Notes under the pieces: generated by a model
The model's input: the letters and a program-made list of their open reading frames with translations, nothing else
Told to the model about the DNA's origin: nothing
Databases searched by the model: none
Position numbers and translations under genes: made by a program
Shown: one piece after another, positions 1 to 9,460 of the stretch
How the letters are laid out: each line of letters begins with the position of its first letter
How positions within the stretch are numbered: position 1 is the first letter of the stretch
Origin: Utricularia gibba
Lineage: Eukaryota > Plantae > Magnoliophyta
NCBI GenBank assembly: GCA_002189035.1
Contig: NEEC01000142.1
Coordinates: 1-17,952, forward strand
DNA length: 17,952 nucleotides
Reading direction: 5' to 3'

Positions 1-3000
1 CTTGACCCGATTCTGTATGGCTCATGAGGTCAACCGAATGCAAATCGATTAAAAAAAAATGATGCATTTGTTTAAATTGCGATATCATGTGCACCCCACA
101 TGATTTTTTCAACAACTTACTTTATACTTGAGGAGGCGGTCTTGGGTGCACTGGAACGGGACAAAGGTAAGGTTGGCTTGCGCGAGAGTTAGTTGTAGCC
201 CGACAAATAAAGTGATGTATTTATTATCGTTCGGTTTCGGGGGCTGCCTACATGGTTTTTCAAGGAACCGCTTCTCGTTTTGTGGCGGCCAGTCTCGCTG
301 GGAACTTGGTCCTTGACCCGATTCTGTATGGCTCATGAGGTCAACCGGATGCAAATCGATTAAAAAAAATGATGCATTTGTTTAAATTGCGATATCACGT
401 GCACCCCACATGATTTTTTCAACAACTTACTTTATACTTGAGGAGGCGGTCTTGGGGTGCACTGGAACGGGACAAAGGTAAGGTTTGGCTTGCGCGAGAG
501 TTAGTTGTAGCCCAAATAAAGTGATGTATTTTTTTATCGTTCGGTTTTCGGGGCTGCCTACATGGTTTTTCAAGGAACCGCTTCTCGTTTTGTGGCGGCC
601 AGTCTCGCTGGGAACTTGGTCCTTGACCCCGATTCTGTATGGCTCATGAGGTCAACCGGATGCAAATCGATTAAAAAAAATGATGCATTTGTTTAAATTG
701 CGATATCACGTGCACCCCACATGATTTTTTCAACAACTTACTTTATACTTGGGAGGCGGTCTTGGGGTGCACCTTGAACGGGACAAAGGTAAGGTTTGGC
801 TTGCGCCGAGAGTTAGTTGTAGCCCCGAAATAAAGTGATAAATTTATATCGTTCGGTTTTCGGGGCTCCTACATGGTTTTTCAAGGAACCGCTTCTCGTT
901 TTGTGGCGGCCAGTCTCGCTGGGAACTTGTCCTGATTCTGTATGGCTCATGAGGTCAACCGGATGCAAATCGATTAAAAAAATGATGCATTTGTTTAAAT
1001 TGCGATATCATGTGCACCCACATGATTTTTTCAACAACTTACTTTATACTTGAGGAGGCGGTCTTGGGGTGCAGCTGGAACGGGACAAGGTAAGGTTTGG
1101 CTTGCGCCGAGAGTTAGTTGTAGCCCGACAAATAAAGTGATGTATTTATTATCGTTCGGTTTTCGGGGGCTGCCTACATGGTTTTTCAAGGAACCGCTTC
1201 TCGTTTTGTGGCGGCCAGTCTCGCTGGGAACTTGGTCCTTGACCCCGATTCTGTATGGCTCATGAGGTCAACCGGATGCAAATCGATTAAAAAAATGATG
1301 CATTTGTTTAAATTGCGATATCATGTGCACCCCACATGATTTTTCAACAACTTACTTTATACTTGAGGAGGCGGTCTTGGGTGCAGCTGAACGGGACAAA
1401 GGTAAGGTTTGGCTTGCGCGAGAGTTAGTTGTAGCCCGGCAAATAAAGTGATGTATTTATTATCGTTCGGTTTTCGGGGGCTGCCTACATGGTTTTTCAA
1501 GGAACCGCTTCTCGTTTTGTGGCGGCCAGTCTCGCTGGGAACTTGGTCCTTGACCCCGATTCTGTATGGCTCATGAGGTCAACCGGATGCAAATCGATTA
1601 AAAAAAATGATGCATTTGTTTAAATTGCGATATCACGTGCACCCACATGATTTTTTCAACAACTTACTTTATACTTGAGGAGGCGGTCTTTGCACCTGAA
1701 CGGGACAAAGGTAAGGTTGGCTTGCGCCGAGAGTTAGTTTAGCCCGACAAATAAAGTGACGTTCGGTTTTCGGGGCTGCCTACATGGTTTTTCAAGGAAC
1801 CGCTTCTCGTTTTGTGGCGGCCAGTCTCGCTGGGAACTTGGTCCTTGACCCCGATTCTGTATGGCTCATGAGGTCAACCGATGCAAATCGATTAAAAAAA
1901 AATGATGCATTTGTTTAAATTGCGATATCATTGCACCCCACATGATTTTTTCAACAACTTACTTTATACTTGAGGAGGCGGTCTTGGGTGCACTGAACGG
2001 GACAAAGGTAAGGTTTGGCTTGCGCCGAGAGTTAGTTGTAGCCCGACAAATAAAGTGATGTATTTATTATCGTTCGGTTTTCGGGGGCTGCCTACATGGT
2101 TTTTCAAGGAACCGCTTCTCGTTTTGTGGCGGCCAGTCTCGCTGGGAACTTGGTCCTTGACCCCGATTCTGTATGGCTCATGAGGTCAACCGGATGCAAA
2201 TCGATTAAAAAAAATGATGCATTTGTTTAAATTGCGATATCACGTGCACCCCACATGATTTTTTCAACAACTTACTTTATACTTGAGGAGGCGGTCTTGG
2301 GGTGCACTGGAACGGGACAAAGGTAAGGTTTGGCTTGCGCCGAGAGTTAGTTGTAGCCCGGCAAATAAAGTGATGTATTTATTATCGTTCGGTTTTCGGG
2401 GGCTGCCTACATGGTTTTTCAAGGAACCGCTTCTCGTTTTGTGGCGGCCAGTCTCGCTGGGAACTTGGTCCTTGACCCCGATTCTGTATGGCTCATGAGG
2501 TCAACCGGATGCAAATCGATTAAAAAAAATGATGCATTTGTTTAAATTGCGATATCACGTGCACCCCACATGATTTTTTCAACAACTTACTTTATACTTG
2601 AGGAGGCGGTCTTGGGGTGCACCTGGAACGGGACAAAGGTAAGGTTTGGCTTGCGCGAGAGTTAGTTGTAGCCCCAAATAAAGTGATATTTATTATCGTT
2701 CGGTTTTCGGGGCTTACATGGTTTTTCAAGGAACCGCTTCTCGTTTTGTGGCGGCCAGTCTCGCTGGGAACTTGGTCCTTGACCCCGATTCTGTATGGCT
2801 CATGAGGTCAACCGGATGCAAATCGATTAAAAAAATGATGCATTTGTTTAAATTGCGATATCACGTGCACCCCACATGATTTTTTCAACAACTTACTTTA
2901 TACTTGAGGAGGCGGTCTTGGGTGCACTGGAACGGGACAAAGGTAAGGTTTGGCTTGCGCCGAGAGTTAGTTGTAGCCCCAAATAAAGTGATGTATTTTT

Positions 3001-3806
3001 ATCGTTCGGTTTTCGGGCTGCCTACATGGTTTTTCAAGGAACCGCTTCTCGTTTTGTGGCGGCCAGTCTCGCTGGGAACTTGGTCCTTGACCCCGATTCT
3101 GTATGGCTCATGAGGTCAACCGGATGCAAATCGATTAAAAAAAATGATGCATTTGTTTAAATTGCGATATCACGTGCACCCCACATGATTTTTTCAACAA
3201 CTTACTTTATACTTGAGGAGGCGGTCTTGGGTGCACTGGAACGGGACAAAGGTAAGGTTTGGCTTGCGCCGAGAGTTAGTTGTAGCCACAAATAAAGTGA
3301 TGTATTTATTATCGTTCGGTTTTCGGGGCTGCCTACATGGTTTTTCAAGGAACCGCTTCTCGTTTTGTGGCGGCCAGTCTCGCTGGGAACTTGGTCCTTG
3401 ACCCCGATTCTGTATGGCTCATGAGGTCAACCGGATGCAAATCGATTAAAAAAAATGATGCATTTGTTTAAATTGCGATATCACGTGCACCCCACATGAT
3501 TTTTTCAACAACTTACTTTATACTTGAGGAGGCGGTCTTGGGTGCAGCTGGAACGGACAAAGGTAAGGTTTGGCTTGCGCCGAGAGTTAGTTGTAGCCCG
3601 AAATAAAGTGATGTATTTATTATCGTTCGGTTTTCGGGGGCTGCCTACATGGTTTTTCAAGGAACCGCTTCTCGTTTTGTGGCGGCCAGTCTCGCTGGGA
3701 ACTTGGTCCTTGACCCCGATTCTGTATGGCTCATGAGGTCAACCGGATGCAAATCGATTAAAAAAAATGATGCATTTGTTTAAATTGCGATATCACGTGC
3801 ACCCCA

Positions 3807-3878
3807 CATGATTTTTTCAACAACTTACTTTATACTTGAGGCATGATTTTTTGCAACACACTTACTTTATACTTGAGG
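3807..3878 (+). repeat. Local ~35-nt direct duplication inside one monomer
   Basis: CATGATTTTTTCAACAACTTACTTTATACTTGAGG at 3807-3841 is followed immediately by a second copy with two 1-nt insertions at 3842-3878. Confidence 0.9.
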
Positions 3879-6800
3879 AGGCGGTCTTGGGGTGCGACTG
3901 AACGGGACAAAGGTAAGGTTTGGCTTGCGCGAGAGTTAGTTGTAGCCCGACAAATAAAGTGATGTATTTATTATCGTTCGGTTTTCGGGGGCTGCCTACA
4001 TGGTTTTTCAAGGAACCGCTTCTCGTTTTGTGGCGGCCAGTCTCGCTGGGAACTTGGTCCTTGACCCCGATTCTGTATGGCTCATGAGGTCAACCGGATG
4101 CAAATCGATTAAAAAAAATGATGCATTTGTTTAAATTGCGATATCACGTGCACCCCACATGATTTTTCAACAACTTACTTTATACTTGAGGAGGCGGTCT
4201 TGGGTGCACTGGAACGGGACAAAGGTAAGGTTTGGCTTGCAGAGTTAGTTGTAGCCCGACAAATAAAGTGATGTATTTATTATCGTTCGGTTTTCGGGGG
4301 CTGCCTACATGGTTTTTCAAGGAACCGCTTCTCGTTTTGTGGCGGCCAGTCTCGCTGGGAACTTGGTCCTTGACCCCGATTCTGTATGGCTCATGAGGTC
4401 AACCGGATGCAAATCGATTAAAAAAAATGATGCATTTGTTTAAATTGCGATATCATGTGCACCCCACATGATTTTTTCAACAACTTACTTTATACTTGAG
4501 GAGGCGGTCTTGGGTGCACTGGAACGGGACAAAGGTAAGGTTTGGCTTGCGCGAGAGTTAGTTGTAGCCCGGCAAATAAAGTGATGTATTTATTATCGTT
4601 CGGTTTTCGGGGCTGCCTACATGGTTTTTCAAGGAACCGCTTCTCGTTTTGTGGCGGCCAGTCTCGCTGGGAACTTGGTCCTTGACCCCGATTCTGTATG
4701 GCTCATGAGGTCAACCGGATGCAAATCGATTAAAAAAAATGATGCATTTGTTTAAATTGCGATATCACGTGCACCCCACATGATTTTTTCAACAACTTAC
4801 TTTATACTTGAGGAGGCGGTCTTGGGTGCACTGGAACGGGACAAAGGTAAGGTTTGGCTTGCGCCGAGAGTTAGTTGTAGCCCGACAAATAAAGTGATGT
4901 ATTTATTATCGTTCGGTTTTCGGGGGCTGCCTACATGGTTTTTCAAGGAACCGCTTCTCGTTTTGTGGCGGCCAGTCTCGCTGGGAACTTGGTCCTTGAC
5001 CCCGATTCTGTATGGCTCATGAGGTCAACCGGATGCAAATCGATTAAAAAAAATGATGCATTTGTTTAAATTGCGATATCACGTGCACCCCACATGATTT
5101 TTTCAACAACTTACTTTATACTTGAGGAGGCGGTCTTGGGTGCAGCTGAACGGGACAAAGGTAAGGTTTGGCTTGCGCGAGAGTTAGTTGTAGCCCGACA
5201 AATAAAGTGATGTATTTATTATCGTTCGGTTTTCGGGGCTGCCTACATGGTTTTTCAAGGAACCGCTTCTCGTTTTGTGGCGGCCAGTCTCGCTGGGAAC
5301 TTGGTCCTTGACCCCGATTCTGTATGGCTCATGAGGTCAACCGGATGCAAATCGATTAAAAAAAATGATGCATTTGTTTAAATTGCGATATCACGTGCAC
5401 CCCACATGATTTTTTCAACAACTTACTTTATACTTGAGGAGGCGGTCTTGGGGTGCAGCTGAACGGGACAAAGGTAAGGTTTGGCTTGCGCGAGAGTTAG
5501 TTGTAGCCCGACAAATAAAGTGATGTATTTATTATCGTTCGGTTTTCGGGGCTGCCTACATGGTTTTTCAAGGAACCGCTTCTCGTTTTGTGGCGGCCAG
5601 TCTCGCTGGGAACTTGGTCCTTGACCCCGATTCTGTATGGCTCATGAGGTCAACCGGATGCAAATCGATTAAAAAAAATGATGCATTTGTTTAAATTGCG
5701 ATATCACGTGCACCCCACATGATTTTTTCAACAACTTACTTTATACTTGAGGAGGCGGTCTTGGGTGCACCTGGAACGGGACAAAGGTAAGGTTTGGCTT
5801 GCGCCGAGAGTTAGTTGTAGCCCACAAATAAAGTGATGTATTTATTATCGTTCGGTTTTCGGGGCTGCCTACATGGTTTTTCAAGGAACCGCTTCTCGTT
5901 TTGTGGCGGCCAGTCTCGCTGGGAACTTGGTCCTTGACCCCGATTCTGTATGGCTCATGAGGTCAACCGGATGCAAATCGATTAAAAAAAATGATGCATT
6001 TGTTTAAATTGCGATATCATGTGCACCCCACATGATTTTTTCAACAACTTACTTTATACTTGAGGAGGTCTTGGGGTGCACTGGAACGGGACAAAGGTAA
6101 GGTTTGGCTTGCGCCGAGAGTTAGTTGTAGCCCGACAAATAAAGTGATGTATTTATTATCGTTCGGTTTTCGGGGGCTGCCTACATGGTTTTTCAAGGAA
6201 CCGCTTCTCGTTTTGTGGCGGCCAGTCTCGCTGGGAACTTGGTCCTTGACCCCGATTCTGTATGGCTCATGAGGTCAACCGGATGCAAATCGATTAAAAA
6301 AAATGATGCATTTGTTTAAATTGCGATATCACGTGCACCCCACATGATTTTTTCAACAACTTACTTTATACTTGAGGAGGCGGTCTTGGGTGCACTGGAA
6401 CGGGACAAAGGTAAGGTTTGGCTTGCGCCGAGAGTTAGTTGTAGCCCGACAAATAAAGTGATGTATTTATTATCGTTCGGTTTTCGGGGCTGCCTACATG
6501 GTTTTTCAAGGAACCGCTTCTCGTTTTGTGGCGGCCAGTCTCGCTGGGAACTTGGTCCTTGACCCCGATTCTGTATGGCTCATGAGGTCAACCGGATGCA
6601 AATCGATTAAAAAAAATGATGCATTTGTTTAAATTGCGATATCACGTGCACCCCACATGATTTTTTCAACAACTTACTTTATACTTGAGGAGGCGGTCTT
6701 GGGTGCACCTGAACGGACAAAGGTAAGGTTTGGCTTGCGCCGAGAGTTAGTTGTAGCCCGACAAATAAAGTGATGTATTTATTATCGTTCGGTTTTCGGG

Positions 6801-7281
6801 GGCTGCCTACATGGTTTTTCAAGGAACCGCTTCTCGTTTTGTGGCGGCCAGTCTCGCTGGGAACTTGGTCCTTGACCCCGATTCTGTATGGCTCATGAGG
6901 TCAACCGGATGCAAATCGATTAAAAAAAATGATGCATTTGTTTAAATTGCGATATCACGTGCACCCCACATGATTTTTTCAACAACTTACTTTATACTTG
7001 AGGAGGCGGTCTTGGGTGCACCTGAACGGGACAAAGGTAAGGTTTGGCTTGCGCCGAGAGTTAGTTGTAGCCCGACAAATAAAGTGATGTATTTATTATC
7101 GTTCGGTTTTCGGGGGCTGCCTACATGGTTTTTCAAGGAACCGCTTCTCGTTTTGTGGCGGCCAGTCTCGCTGGGAACTTGGTCCTTGACCCCGATTCTG
7201 TATGGCTCATGAGGTCAACCGGATGCAAATCGATTAAAAAAAATGATGCATTTGTTTAAATTGCGATATCACGTGCACCCC

Positions 7282-7436
7282 ACATGATTTTTTCAACAAC
7301 TTACTTTATACTTGAGGAGGCGGTCTTGGGTGCACCTGAACGGGACAAAGGTAAGGTTTGGCTTGCGCCGAGAGTTAGTTGTAGCCCGACAAATAAAGTG
7401 ATGTATTTATTATCGTTCGGTTTTCGGGGGCTGCCT
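7282..7436 (+). repeat. Subunit A (~155 bp) of the dimeric monomer (example copy)
   Basis: Aligns colinearly to 7437-7595 in four blocks at offsets 155, 152, 158 and 159 (see findings). Confidence 0.7.
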
Positions 7437-7597
7437 ACATGGTTTTTCAAGGAACCGCTTCTCGTTTTGTGGCGGCCAGTCTCGCTGGGAACTTGGTCCT
7501 TGACCCCGATTCTGTATGGCTCATGAGGTCAACCGGATGCAAATCGATTAAAAAAAATGATGCATTTGTTTAAATTGCGATATCACGTGCACCCCAC
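7284..7597 (+). repeat. Representative monomer (314 bp in this copy; reconstructed consensus ~316 bp)
   Basis: Hand-built consensus: atgattttttcaacaacttactttatacttgaggaggcggtcttggggtgcacctggaacgggacaaaggtaaggtttggcttgcgccgagagttagttgtagcccgacaaataaagtgatgtatttattatcgttcggttttcgggggctgcctacatggtttttcaaggaaccgcttctcgttttgtggcggccagtctcgctgggaacttggtccttgaccccgattctgtatggctcatgaggtcaaccggatgcaaatcgattaaaaaaaatgatgcatttgtttaaattgcgatatcacgtgcaccccac. Hand count for this copy is A74 C64 G80 T96, with 17 CpG (observed/expected about 1). Homopolymer lengths and the CCTGG site are inferred, not certain. Confidence 0.93.
7437..7595 (+). repeat. Subunit B (~159 bp) of the dimeric monomer (example copy)
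   Basis: Begins ACATGGTTTTTCAAGGAAC, the paralogue of ACATGATTTTTTCAACAAC. Contains AAAATGATGCATTTGTT, 14/17 identical to AAAGTGATGTATTTATT in subunit A. Confidence 0.7.
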
Positions 7598-7650
7598 ATG
7601 ATTTTTTCAACAACTTACTTTATACTTGAGGAGGCGGTCTTGGGGTGCAC
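7587..7650. other. 10-bp perfect inverted repeat GTGCACCCCA ... TGGGGTGCAC with 44-nt spacer (present per monomer; example copy)
   Basis: GTGCACCCCA at 7587-7596 is the exact reverse complement of TGGGGTGCAC at 7641-7650. It is perfect in copies read with GGGG; many copies show GGG. Function unknown. Confidence 0.85.
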
Positions 7651-9460
7651 TGGAACGGGACAAAGGTAAGGTTTGGCTTGCGCGAGAGTTAGTTGTAGCC
7701 CGACAAATAAAGTGATGTATTTATTATCGTTCGGTTTTCGGGGGCTGCCTACATGGTTTTTCAAGGAACCGCTTCTCGTTTTGTGGCGGCCAGTCTCGCT
7801 GGGAACTTGGTCCTTGACCCCGATTCTGTATGGCTCATGAGGTCAACCGGATGCAAATCGATTAAAAAAAATGATGCATTTGTTTAAATTGCGATATCAC
7901 GTGCACCCCACATGATTTTTTCAACAACTTACTTTATACTTGAGGAGGCGGTCTTGGGGTGCACTGAACGGGACAAAGGTAAGGTTTGGCTTGCGCCGAG
8001 AGTTAGTTGTAGCCCGACAAATAAAGTGATGTATTTATTATCGTTCGGTTTTCGGGGGCTGCCTACATGGTTTTTCAAGGAACCGCTTCTCGTTTTGTGG
8101 CGGCCAGTCTCGCTGGGAACTTGGTCCTTGACCCCGATTCTGTATGGCTCATGAGGTCAACCGGATGCAAATCGATTAAAAAAAATGATGCATTTGTTTA
8201 AATTGCGATATCACGTGCACCCCACATGATTTTTTCAACAACTTACTTTATACTTGAGGAGGCGGTCTTGGGGTGCACTGGAACGGGACAAAGGTAAGGT
8301 TTGGCTTGCGCGAGAGTTAGTTGTAGCCCGACAAATAAAGTGATGTATTTATTATCGTTCGGTTTTCGGGGCTGCCTACATGGTTTTTCAAGGAACCGCT
8401 TCTCGTTTTGTGGCGGCCAGTCTCGCTGGGAACTTGGTCCTTGACCCCGATTCTGTATGGCTCATGAGGTCAACCGGATGCAAATCGATTAAAAAAAATG
8501 ATGCATTTGTTTAAATTGCGATATCATGTGCACCCCACATGATTTTTTCAACAACTTACTTTATACTTGAGGAGGCGGTCTTGGGGTGCAGCTGGAACGG
8601 GACAAAGGTAAGGTTTGGCTTGCGCCGAGAGTTAGTTGTAGCCCGACAAATAAAGTGATGTATTTATTATCGTTCGGTTTTCGGGGCTGCCTACATGGTT
8701 TTTCAAGGAACCGCTTCTCGTTTTGTGGCGGCCAGTCTCGCTGGGAACTTGGTCCTTGACCCCGATTCTGTATGGCTCATGAGGTCAACCGGATGCAAAT
8801 CGATTAAAAAAAATGATGCATTTGTTTAAATTGCGATATCACGTGCACCCCACATGATTTTTTCAACAACTTACTTTATACTTGAGGAGGCGAAACGGGA
8901 CAAAGGTAAGGTTTGGCTTGCGCCGAGAGTTAGTTGTAGCCCGACAAATAAAGTGATGTATTTATTATCGTTCGGTTTTCGGGGCTGCCTACATGGTTTT
9001 TCAAGGAACCGCTTCTCGTTTTGTGGCGGCCAGTCTCGCTGGGAACTTGGTCCTTGACCCCGATTCTGTATGGCTCATGAGGTCAACCGGATGCAAATCG
9101 ATTAAAAAAAATGATGCATTTGTTTAAATTGCGATATCATGTGCACCCCACATGATTTTTTCAACAACTTACTTTATACTTGAGGAGGCGGTCTTGGGGT
9201 GCACTGGAACGGGACAAAGGTAAGGTTTGGCTTGCGCCGAGAGTTAGTTGTAGCCCGACAAATAAAGTGATGTATTTATTATCGTTCGGTTTTCGGGGCT
9301 GCCTACATGGTTTTTCAAGGAACCGCTTCTCGTTTTGTGGCGGCCAGTCTCGCTGGGAACTTGGTCCTTGACCCCGATTCTGTATGGCTCATGAGGTCAA
9401 CCGGATGCAAATCGATTAAAAAAAATGATGCATTTGTTTAAATTGCGATATCACGTGCAC

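Noticed and set aside
7284-7330. Sigma70 -10 (TATACT at 7307) plus Shine-Dalgarno GAGGAGG (7314-7320)
   Set aside because: The -35 at 17-bp spacing (ATGATT) is only 3/6. The SD lies 1 nt after the -10, so it would overlap the transcription start, and the downstream ORFs are not credible.
7341-7348. Kinetoplast minicircle CSB-2-like TCCCGTTC on the minus strand (plus strand GAACGGGA, 7338-7345 region)
   Set aside because: The universal CSB-3 GGGGTTGGTGTA and CSB-1 are absent.
7421-7430. G4/G5 tract switching the ORF frame as a phase-variable contingency locus
   Set aside because: All homopolymers in the unit vary in the same deletion-biased way, as expected from long-read error, and there is no credible gene to switch.
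7520-7543. Hammerhead-like CTCATGAG-GTC...GAT-GCAAA, suggesting a viroid-like circular RNA of ~315 nt
   Set aside because: The conserved core needs CUGANGA and GAAA. Here it is CUCAUGA and CAAA, stem II is incomplete, and CTGANGA is absent from the consensus on both strands. Other ribozyme classes would need an Infernal/Rfam search that I cannot run.
7582-7589. ATCACGTG matches budding-yeast centromere CDEI (RTCACRTG)
   Set aside because: There is no long AT-rich CDEII or CDEIII next to it, and point centromeres are not tandemly repeated.
7361-7595. 5S rDNA-like fragments: plant-like GCTTGCGC(C)GAGAGTTAGT, CTGGGAA, GGATGC, TGCACCCC, and bacterial-like TGGCGGCC...TGGTCC...TGACCCC
   Set aside because: The pieces are short and not in the order or spacing of a ~120-nt 5S gene, and the intervening conserved sequence is missing. 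This also rules out a Cassandra-type 5S-bearing LTR.
7300-7597. Nick-site look-alikes: GTGGGGTG on the minus strand (F-type oriT, plus 7590-7597), CTTTATACTTGA (pC194/phiX-type dso), AAGTATAAA on the minus strand (CRESS nonamer)
   Set aside because: Each lacks the bases defining the cleavage site (T^GG, CTTG^ATA and TATT^AC respectively). The nonamer-like word is not at the apex of a short stem-loop, and no Rep or relaxase is present.
7706-7725. AATAAA on both strands 8 nt apart (AATAAA-GTGATGTA-TTTATT), as a bidirectional poly(A) signal
   Set aside because: It is a 6-bp AT-rich dyad with no associated gene, and the paralogous subunit does not retain it.
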